The notes under the pieces were generated by a model. It searched no databases. It was not told the origin of the DNA and was given only the letters and a program-made list of their open reading frames with translations. A DNA stretch of 57,560 bases, the filler included, from Circinaria calcarea (lineage: Eukaryota): assembly GCA_051942165.1 (NCBI GenBank). It is 8 parts of 8 records of this genome, joined end to end, with 100 filler letters (N's around TTAATTAATTAA, not from the genome) between each part and the next. Parts side by side here need not be neighbours in the genome. Positions count along the whole stretch, not along the records: positions 7,225 to 14,345 come from JAVECS010001405.1; positions 14,446 to 21,560 come from JAVECS010001406.1; positions 21,661 to 28,771 come from JAVECS010001407.1; 5 more parts are not named here. One strand, written 5' to 3'. Shown piece by piece: positions 12,664 through 22,250 of this stretch (the stretch's first letter is position 1; each line of letters opens with the position of its first letter). A program made the position numbers and the translations under genes.

Positions 12664-13962
12664 ATGCAACACTTTCATACTCATCGAGTGACACCGGAGA
12701 TCATGGCCCAGCAAAAGTTGGGGGTATTCCGTAGTGCACAGCAGGATCTTATCAGCCAACCAATTACGCAAAAATCCGTTACAGATCGTCTTCCGAATGA
12801 GATACTGGCAATGATACTCGCCCGACTGCCGAAAAGCTCAATGAAAACAGTTAGATTGACATGCAAGCTTTATGCAGTACTGGCAGTGCCTTCCCTCTTC
12901 GATCTTGCTGTCATATCACCGAGTGCAGAGAATCTGGATGTTTTCAACGCTCTCGCTCGCTCTCCCCTCAGCAAATACGTAAAGCAGATCGACTTCGATA
13001 CTACCATGTTCAGGAAAGAATGCGATCTGGATACTTACAGAATAGGAGTCAAGTACCAGCAGCAAGTATCGCATAGCGAAGAATCGATTACAGAGGCTGA
13101 TATCACCAACGGGTTCGAAGCTTATCGAGCTCACGCCGAAGAACAGCAAAGGCTCCTCGAGAGCGGAGAGTTTCTCGCGAGCTTTTGCTTAGGCTTGAGC
13201 GAGTTCAAGCAATTAAGATCAATCACCCTGAACGGTAGCTGGACGAGGGATCGCCAGGCTATAGAGATGAACCGCCGTGGCGCACTACGTCGTAATTGGA
13301 ATCCCCGATACCTGCGAGCATGTCCTTGTGCGGGCCAAGAACATGACACCTCGAGTCGCCTCAACGCAAGGGCCTTTACAGACATCTTGCGCGGGCTCTC
13401 AATGTTCGGTGTCAAGCTAGAAAGCTTTTGCGGCAAAACCGCTATACTGGTCCCCGCGTATCATTTCGGCAGCATGAGCGCTTTAGCTCTTTCCCATGGT
13501 ATAGGCGCTTTCTGCCATCTTCGAACCTTGTCGTTCGCCTTCACCCACAATACCACCACTGCCGCATCGACGGCCCTCTTCGGCATGATTCGGTCTGCTC
13601 ACCATCTGAGAGACCTGGTTCTACTCTTTTACCCTGCCATGACTATTTGTATCGACGATCTTATCAAGTCTCACACCTGGCCGCACCTGGAAACCCTGAG
13701 GCTTCACGGTGTCCAAGTGAACCAAGATGAACTCCTGGCCATGGTAGATCGCCACGCAGGCAGTCTGCGAAGACTATCAATCAACACCTCCCGTTTAGTA
13801 TGTGGGACCTGGCTCCATGTCGCCAAGGTGGTTATACGGCTTCATTTCGCGGAGAATTGCTCCTTTATTAATGTTTGTGATGATACTGGGGATTTTCTTC
13901 GCAGTTGGACCTCGTCGCTGTCACCCCCGAAAATCATCCCAAGGGATTTATCACAATTCTGA
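12664..13962 (+). CDS. F-box domain protein with LRR-like C-terminus
   Basis: 432-aa ORF with F-box motif LPNEILAMILARLPKSSMKTVRLTCK and repeated LxxLxL segments (LRTLSF, LRDLVL, WPHLETLRL, LRRLSI). Confidence 0.75.
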   Translation: MQHFHTHRVTPEIMAQQKLGVFRSAQQDLISQPITQKSVTDRLPNEILAMILARLPKSSMKTVRLTCKLYAVLAVPSLFDLAVISPSAENLDVFNALARSPLSKYVKQIDFDTTMFRKECDLDTYRIGVKYQQQVSHSEESITEADITNGFEAYRAHAEEQQRLLESGEFLASFCLGLSEFKQLRSITLNGSWTRDRQAIEMNRRGALRRNWNPRYLRACPCAGQEHDTSSRLNARAFTDILRGLSMFGVKLESFCGKTAILVPAYHFGSMSALALSHGIGAFCHLRTLSFAFTHNTTTAASTALFGMIRSAHHLRDLVLLFYPAMTICIDDLIKSHTWPHLETLRLHGVQVNQDELLAMVDRHAGSLRRLSINTSRLVCGTWLHVAKVVIRLHFAENCSFINVCDDTGDFLRSWTSSLSPPKIIPRDLSQF

Positions 13963-14345
13963 GAGCCATGCAAGCAAACCGGTGAGAGAAATAGCATGGA
14001 GAACTTTCGGATCACGCCGTCTGTAAGTTCTTACCACCTATGACTATTCAAATCACCCATTCGGTTCCTAATCACAACCTTTAGAAGAACTATCGACAGG
14101 GAAGCCTTCTCCCATTTTCTTTCTGATATCTATACTAGAACACGGCAATAGAGGTAGCGGTAATGGATGTGCAATGGGGTTAAAGTTTAAGCCTAACTCC
14201 ATAGAAATGTCCCCTTTAAAGGGGAAATACCATTGGTTTTGAAGGTACATATGCCGGAGTAAACACGTGTCATGATCTGTTCTGCTCGAAAGTGCTCGTC
14301 ACTTTATAAAAATCCCCCTAAATCCCATCCCCCCCTCCTTCTATC

Positions 14346-14445
14346 NNNNNNNNNNNNNNNNNNNNNNNNNNNNNNNNNNNNNNNNNNNNTTAATTAATTA
14401 ANNNNNNNNNNNNNNNNNNNNNNNNNNNNNNNNNNNNNNNNNNNN
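14346..14445. other. Artificial contig linker
   Basis: 44 N + TTAATTAATTAA + 44 N. Confidence 0.98.
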
Positions 14446-14518
14446 CAAGGATGTCAGATTCTTCTCGGCGACTGCTACTAGTTCGGGATTTCATGTTCGA
14501 TCTCACAGAGCTACGAAG

Positions 14519-14863
14519 GTGGATCAGGAGGTCTGGATCGAGGAGGATTACCCACTCGGTTTTAAGTTTGAGGAGATCTTTACGACCCATGACGGGTACA
14601 CTCGAACAAAGGTCACCGGAATTGTCCAGAACATCTTCTTCGAATATGGTATTAAGAAACTTCTACCAGCACTGAAACAGGCTGTAATGGCCGTTTTCAG
14701 GTCATTTCAAGAAGACGCCCTTTTGCTCAACTCTCTTGGCAAACGGCCTGCAGAAGACACAATAGATACTCAGGAGTCTTCGGGCAGTCGAAGACGAACG
14801 TTTGACGATTGTCACTTCGATGAAAGCCAAGAGTCCTTGTTCGGTCAGCCGGTCTTGGCTTGA
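14519..14863 (+). CDS. Hypothetical protein, probable 3' part of a gene truncated by the contig start
   Basis: Open frame near the contig edge with protein-like composition; no recognisable motif. Confidence 0.35.
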   Translation: MDQEVWIEEDYPLGFKFEEIFTTHDGYTRTKVTGIVQNIFFEYGIKKLLPALKQAVMAVFRSFQEDALLLNSLGKRPAEDTIDTQESSGSRRRTFDDCHFDESQESLFGQPVLA

Positions 14864-15339
14864 GTACGCCTAGGTGCACAGCGTCTGGCTAGTTGGAAGT
14901 ATTGGTCTATGATGACAGATGGAGATATATGTTCCTAAGGTAGGGAGTTAGATGACTAAAGAAAACAGGAAGAAGGCATCATATTAAAGGAAGCATTTCA
15001 ACCCCGATGGCGGATAAGCTGGTGTGAAACTAAGGTTTCGACATTACCATGGTAAGCTTGCTACTGAGGAGTGGCATATGGAGAACGATCTTTACAAATC
15101 CTAGCGATATAGGAAATACTCGAGACGAGGTGGGAGAGCTCTCTACACTGAATGTGATACCCTCCGAATGGGCTATTCTGACCAATAATCTAGCAACGAG
15201 ACATTCAACACCATTATAGTGAGCTCCCCCTTAATCAAATTAGCTCAGAACAGCACAACCACCACCTCCCAAGCCACCTCCGATCCAGCTCTCCCCTCTA
15301 ATCAATAAAGGTGACCTTATCGGACCTTCAAACAGCTCA

Positions 15340-16010
15340 AGCCTCCGAGATAAAACTATTCTGGTCACCTGGGAGCGTCCGGCTGAGGTGCGGCCATCGC
15401 TAGGAATTTCGCCAAACTGGGGTAAAGCCAGCATCCCCTTGCTCTGAAAATGCAAGACTGTGGCCTGAATATCGCACAGAGCCCGAATGGCAGTCGCAGA
15501 AAACCAGAAAGAGCTGGGCAATCAGTATACAGGGAACTACGCGGCCTAGGATATCGGTGCGTTTTATCCTCTCCGGATGTTTGGACATCCTGTCCCCCTT
15601 AACATATTTTCATTTTTCCCAATCATCATCATACTAATGTACTTGTAGAGTTACAAATTCCCCCATAGATGTAACGTCTTACCTATCGCTCTTTTCCGCC
15701 TTCAAACCGCCATCGCCATCGCCACCCCTCTCCCAATCCACCCTCGACATCGTCGTCGCCTCCGCCAGCTTCGAGGAACCACCTTCTCCCTTCGCTTAGA
15801 AACCCCATTCACCCTCCCCTCTCTCACCGCAGACCCGCCTGCCCCTCCCACGTCCGGTCTGATAGAGGCAAAGCTCACCGGCCTCTATTTAACCGCTTAC
15901 AACGCCTCCAAAAGGGGTGTCCGCCGCCTCTTCCGTACTATCCATGATCCTTGGCAGAGTCTGGTATCAAGGCCAATCTGATCGCGCGGGGATGCTGGAC
16001 ACACCCACGT
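15340..16010 (+). pseudogene. Degraded short-chain dehydrogenase/reductase (SDR)
   Basis: Ordered SDR motifs broken by frameshifts and stops: KTILVT/GASG*GAAIARNFAKLG (15352-15421), DVTSYLSL, LDIVVASA, LTGLYLTA, YNASKRGVRRLFRT (15898-15940), GIKANLIA. Confidence 0.65.
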
Positions 16011-17333
16011 TGAGGGAGTGGGCGGCCATGATGCGAGAGAAGGGAAATATCTTGCCCATCGCTAGACTATTACATGTTCACCCAACAACCAGGCCATCTC
16101 GGGTGCAAGCTCCGACCACTACTTCACCATACACTTATAGAAACGCCTCAATCATGCACACGACTGCATTGACTTCATTAAAATCCTTCGGGAGGACAAT
16201 ATCTATGAACATTCTTCCAAAGTCTTGAGCTAGCGACAGGAGATGCAATGATTCCTAATCTATGACGAACAGCTTCACCGAGTCCAGCCTTGAGTAATAT
16301 TTGTGGGAAATAGGGGCCTTGCGAAGCAGTACATTATCTCGCTTTCCTTCGACGACTTTTCATATACACACACCACAAACGGGAGGTAAAGATGACATAT
16401 ACTTCCCCGCCCAAGGATTCCCGTTAATCGTCCCCATGTCGCCTCCTAGCCCTCTCCTTACTCCCGACAAAGTTTCAGTAACCTCCTTGCCATAACTCAG
16501 AATATCCGGAGAATAATTTACTTTCGATGCCAAATTATTCTCTCGCATAACGATGCGGAAATCGACTAGTACCACTACTAAGATGGTCAGCTGAGTGCGG
16601 TGCCTATACTGTACTGGTCTTAGCAGTACGAGTCACTGCACTCTGCAGATATTATCGGCGCAGCACAGCAGGTCTGCACCCTGCCAGAAGTACAACATAG
16701 AGCCAAACCATTTCCAGCGCCTCAAGTATGGAACTCACGCGCCTGAGTTCCTAAAGCAGCACGCTGCTGTGGTGGTTGGAAAGGGGGATAGGGAGGTAGA
16801 TTGGCGGTTAGATGTATAAAGCATGGGGGGGGTCTTAGATCATATATCTGCCAGAGTGGTTGAATTGGAGGAGGAATGTGCGAAGACCTGCCAGAGCTGT
16901 TTGCTCGAATTGTGTATTGGGCGTTGAATTCGGTTATCTGTAGATAAGGACTTCTGCAGTACAGAAAAGGACCAGCAACTTAACCCATCCAATCAAGACC
17001 TTCCCACATATCCCACCCTATTGACTACATGCGCACCCCCACCCTCCGCCGTCTTCCCCGTTTTTGGCCCCCCTCCTCTTTATGTCTTTCTTGAAGGGGA
17101 TGTCTCTCGTCCACCTCCAATCCCGCTCCCGCACCTACCCTATCTAGTCTCAATACCGAGCCCTAGGTACGAAACAGCTGTTGTAGCTTAGTAATATTTG
17201 GGCGAGGCTGATGCTGCTACGCCACGGAGGGTGAAGACCCGCGGTGCTCACCTCTACTAATTATAACAAGGCTACCCTCCCGATGATTGAGTACTATGAA
17301 GCCACCACCACTTCCACTAATACATGAGCGCAC

Positions 17334-19030
17334 ATGGCGACATTAGATATACATATTGACGTTCCGGCTCATCACCATCGTCAGAACTCAAGAACCGCTT
17401 TCGATAGACAAAAGGATCACGCTCGTTTTATCTTCAACAAGACAATCGCAGGACATTATCGTCATGGAAGGACGGAATACACTCGAGTTGGCGTGCTACT
17501 CATCACCTGGGATCAGGACGATATGAATCTTAAAAAGTCAGAAGTAGGTTATACGTTTCTGGCCTCAACTCTGCTTTAACATCCCACACAGGTTAGTCGA
17601 CTGCAGACGATTTTCAAAGATAGACTCCGATATGAGACCCAGGACTTTCAAATCCCCTCGACCAAATCCGAGACGTCCTTCCACCACGCCGTGTCGAGTT
17701 TCGTCAATGCGTACAACAGCCCCGATAACCTTATGATTGTATATTACGGCGGGCATGGATATAAGGGTACGGAAACGAATCAATTCAAACTCGCTGCGTT
17801 AGTCTAGACATCTCCTCCTTTACAGTGAGCATATACTCATATATTACGGGTAGTAAGGAAGAGGCGGATGGTGACGGAGACCCCAACGCGTTTTTCAACG
17901 ATATGTTCGGCTGCCTCCGACTTCCCACTACCGATATCCTCTTCATCGTCGACTGCTGCTACGCCGCTCGTGCCTTCGCTTTGGAAGGAATAGGCAGGCG
18001 GAAATTTGAGTTGATGGCATCGGCACCCCCAGACGGGTTTGTGCCATCAGCAAAAAACAAAGACTCTTTCACCCAGCGGTTGTGTGATACATTAGAAGAA
18101 ATGCTAGATACCGAAAGACATGCCAAAGGATTTCCAACTTCAGAATTGTACCGACGAATATATCACCAGACGAAACCAGATATCAAGCCGTTTCTTTTTG
18201 ATCAGTCATCATTTGATTATGGCAAGATCTGGCTTCGTCCCCATCACCAGCCGGCCGGGCCTACGAGCTCTGTAAAAAGGCCAAAGGTAACGATTGACTT
18301 GACTCTACACATGACAGATGCCCCCTCGCCTGCCGAAATGAATGATCTAGCCAGGGCGCTCCAATATATTCCGCACGTCGACAAGATAACCCTTGAGGAA
18401 TTGCATGCCCCTGCGCTGGAGCTTCAAGAATTCTTCTACGGGATGAAGAAAGCAATGCATGTCAAGAAAATAATCCACGAACTACGCCAACGCATCAACG
18501 CGAAGAAAACGGAGCAAGGATCGAACCCCAGTGGCCACGTGATAGAACCTCACTCAAGTATTCGGGTCCCCGATGTGAGTGATCAGGGCCAAGCATACGA
18601 CTGGAGCAAGGCCGAAGCATTTCTCATACCTGGAACCAAGTCGCCAGTTATCATGGCTACCGGCAAGAAAGCGGTTGGCAGTCCCCACGTTAAACACTCA
18701 ACCGAAGAGCCACCTGCGTACGAGGTGCATTATCTTTATAAATACTTCGCATTTGCATGGTCATTGGACCTAAGTGGCATCAAAGACCGCATTTCCGATA
18801 TCCGATATAAATATCCATCAGTGCTAAGTTCCCGTCATCGCGAGAGTGGTGCATCAGAAGAGATGCCGAAGGAGCTAGATGCACGAGGCCAAGGACGCAA
18901 TTTTCCTTCTGTAGTCTTTGCAGCTATGGCTGATCACGAAAAGCGGATGCAGACGCTAGACACGTTCATGTGGCTCTCGACGATTCTTGTTGGCTACGTT
19001 ATCCTTTCCCATGTCTTGGCAGAGAAGTGA
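17334..19030 (+). CDS. Caspase-like (peptidase C14/CHF fold) protein with a C-terminal hydrophobic anchor
   Basis: Exons 17334-17543, 17592-17797 and 17854-19030 splice in frame. YTRVGVLLITW; LMIVYYGGHG (His codon 17754-17756); DILFIVDCCYAA (Cys codon 17954-17956); FELMASA; SFTQRL. C-terminal FMWLSTILVGYVILSHVL. Confidence 0.82.
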
Positions 19031-19578
19031 CCTAATTTGACTCCCTATAGTACAGAACATGATACCGTGATGAGGAAGGAGCTTAGGCATTTATAGTCAA
19101 ATGCAATGAGACAAAATAGAGATTTCTCGATCATAAGAGTATAAATAACGGGATCAGGTTATGCCTAAAATTGGGAGAAATTGTATTTCGTGTAGAGGAT
19201 GCAATCATACTAACGGCGCATTATTTCTATATCGTGTTTATTTCCTATCATGGTACTGAAATGTGGGTTGGATTCCTAATGCACGATTTCAGTATTGAAT
19301 TGCAGTTCGCCCTGCAATTACCATAACGCTGGAATCTTGATCATGAAGAGTCCAGCCGCAGCCAGCCTATTGGTCTACGCCGCACACTGCCCTCTCGAGA
19401 GTGCCGTACGATTCAGCCTCGCGCGAATGCTCGACTCACATTATGGGGCCAAACTAGATAAGTATTAGATGTATAACTTGCTCCCAACGCCCAGTTCTGG
19501 TTTCGAAGACTTTCTCCACCCAAGCAGTCAAGGCACAAACCACGATCAGCCGACCAGAAGTTATCTCGAACCACTACC

Positions 19579-20010
19579 ATGATGGATCAGAGCCACCAGG
19601 TAATCGCGCCTGAGGCCCTACAGCCGCACATTACTTTCGAAGATAGCTTACGCTACACAGAGCCTCAACTCATTGGAGGCGGACCAGACGGTGATGTCCG
19701 AATCCGCAATTGAGTCCGTACAGAGCGATTCGGCAGGCCCTGACTACCGTTCACATGTTGGCCGTGGTAAAGGAGCGATGGTAGGAACGCTTTCACATCC
19801 ACTATTAAACGAAGTGATCACACTGATCGAATCATCCAGGTTCTCAATGTCTACGAGACAGGACAACAAGTCTACGTGAAGGGTGCCAGGGCTCTCAGCG
19901 GCCCATACATCATTAGGAAAGTGAATCGGGACGGAACGTACCAACTTGGGGATGCGGGCGGGAGAATTTACCGGGACAACGCAAGGGAAAGGGATTTGCA
20001 GCCTTTATGA
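19579..20010 (+). CDS. Small 103-aa protein with a C-terminal SH3/Tudor-like beta-barrel (3 exons; only exon 2 appears in the ORF track)
   Basis: Exons 19579-19599, 19661-19780 and 19840-20010 with GT-AG phase-0 introns of 61 and 59 nt. C-terminus VLNVYETGQQVYVKGARALSGPYIIRKVNRDGTYQLGDAGGRIYRDNARERDLQPL*. Confidence 0.7.
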
Positions 20011-20605
20011 GCGTGGTGCTATCTATATTCTTCGGGGAAACATGGCAGCGTATATTCGATGAATCTTGTGCTTTAATGGAAGGGGATTGGTTTCGTATCG
20101 ACTGGTAATGGCAAGGCTATTATCGCAATAGACCAATGAGATGACCATGAGGCTGCTATCCACACGTCCTCGAAACCAAGGTAAACAGCCTCGGAGACCC
20201 TCGAAACCGAAGAGGACATGATGTAGAGCGAGATCTAGCCAGGCGCCTTTAAAATTTTCGAGTCGCAAGTTAAAGATCAAGAAAATCAATGACTGGGGCG
20301 AACTGCAGCACAAATCAGACCCAGATGGATGATGAATCAATGTTGCTTTCGTGTTGTGGCTGTGAAGAGTGTAGAAATGCCTTATGGTACCGGCTGAGTC
20401 CGCCTCGGCTGAGTCTGGAACCTTGCAGTACGGAGGTATGCCCCGTATCGTCGTGCGGTTCAGCTCGACAAGGCATTTGCAATCCCCCTTCTTCATGTAT
20501 AACAAGCCTTACTCCTATCCAGTACCGTCTACGTAAGCTTGAAGAGCTCTCGGATTTTCAACTTGGCCCCCACTGAAGGGGTCTAAGTCGCGTTCCAACA
20601 CGAGG

Positions 20606-21560
20606 ATGGAGGGCCGGCCGCAGACACCTCAATCTTACCCACAAACAAGCATGCACGAGATCGATCTGGAAAAGCAAGCTGTTAATGATGGAGACGAATC
20701 TTCATCACCCGGCGGCACAACGGTTGTTAATGACTTACCTGAACCCCTCAGTAAGCAGCTCTGCTGTTTTCCCGGATTCTGGCTGAACTCTAACCCTCAA
20801 AGGTCCGTCAAAACCTGGTATAGGCCGCTCCATAACGGACTATCTTCGCAAGGTTACTCCGCCAGAAAAGTTTTCAAAGCCATGGCTGCCGCCGCAGCCG
20901 GAGGCCCCATATGATGAAGTACAACGCATAAAACGCATCGACAATCATCCCGAGGGCTATCCGCAGCTGGCAGCTCTCCTAAATACCGATGAAAACTTCC
21001 TCATGTGTCGCCGCTTTGGATTTCTCCAGCAGCGTGTGTTACTCTATCGACAGGACGAGTTACGGGACCTAGAAGACCAACTGATAAGGCTGGACGATGA
21101 GGACCGGGACGAGAATCCGAAGGCACTGAAATCGAGGAAACTTGATGATGCACGTGAAGGGAGCTACAGAATGGGATTAATACAACACATCGATGATAAG
21201 CTCGAGGAATACGGTAGAATATTCCCCACCTTCACGTCCCAGTTATGAATATCCTACTAACACACATACTCTTGAGCAGCCAAAACCATACAACGAATTC
21301 GCTATTTCTCAACCTCGAAAAGAGCCAACACTCGCAACCACAACTCTGTGAGCAACTGGCTGCACAACAATGCTCCCTTAAGCAGGGAAGAAACTGAATT
21401 TATCCACCACAAATCTGATCTTATCATGCTCTCCGATGTTGAAGAGACTGGCTGGTTTGACGGGTTTGTAGAAGACCTTCTTTCCAAGGTTCCCAATCGT
21501 TTTACCCGCCTTCTCTTCAGTACCCGAGAGCAACGGCACACGACGGACGATGCCTATGTC
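20606..21560 (+). CDS. DUF6594-type protein, truncated at contig end
   Basis: Introns 20751-20802 and ~21214-21278. IDNHPEGYPQLAALLNTDENFLMCRRFGFLQQRVLLYRQDELRDLEDQLIRLDDED, SVSNWLHNNAPL and EFIHHKSDLI match the DUF6594 N-terminal pattern. The TM helices expected for the family would lie beyond the contig end. Confidence 0.8.
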
Positions 21561-21660
21561 NNNNNNNNNNNNNNNNNNNNNNNNNNNNNNNNNNNNNNNN
21601 NNNNTTAATTAATTAANNNNNNNNNNNNNNNNNNNNNNNNNNNNNNNNNNNNNNNNNNNN
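21561..21660. other. Artificial contig linker
   Basis: 44 N + TTAATTAATTAA + 44 N. Confidence 0.98.
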
Positions 21661-21754
21661 AAATGGTGAAATGGTGAAATGGTGAAATGGTGAAATGGTG
21701 AAATGGTGAAATGGTGAAATGGTGAAATGGTGAAATGGTGAAATGGTGAAATGG
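21661..21754. repeat. Tandem 8-bp repeat (AAATGGTG) x11 plus a partial unit
   Basis: Perfect repeat read directly at the contig start. Confidence 0.95.
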
Positions 21755-22250
21755 AGAGCCCGTGGGAGTTTTTATTTGATTAGATGGTAGAAAGGGAGGG
21801 GGGGGGGGGAGAGAGGGAGAAGGGAGAACTGAGAGAGGAGATAGGGGGGGTGAGGAGGGGAGGAACTGGGAGAAGCTGGATAGGGGCTAGCGATAACACA
21901 CTGGCTTGAGAAGGGCTGAGATAGATTAGATAGGGTAGGATACGGTACTCGTACCGAGGAGAAATGGAGAATTTCTCTAAGCAGTCTCTCATGGCTTAGC
22001 TAGAATAATGTGATTGAACTTTCTTCGCCATCCCAGCGAAAAAAATGAGCAAAGCAAAAATGAGCAAGGGGAGGAAAGAAATGGCCACCAGAAAAAAACA
22101 AAAACAGAAAAAAACACAAAGCACAAAATGTAATCGTAGGATGGAAGATACCCAGGGCTAACCACCAACGCTTCCTATGCCTTTGCAGAAAATAAGCCAA
22201 GATAAGCGTTCAATCCTATAATCACTTCAAGCAATTATCCCAATACGTAC

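Noticed and set aside
21661..21754. (AAATGGTG)n as a telomere
   Set aside because: It does not match the TTAGGG repeat typical of Pezizomycotina, and at a left end a telomere would show the C-rich strand on +.
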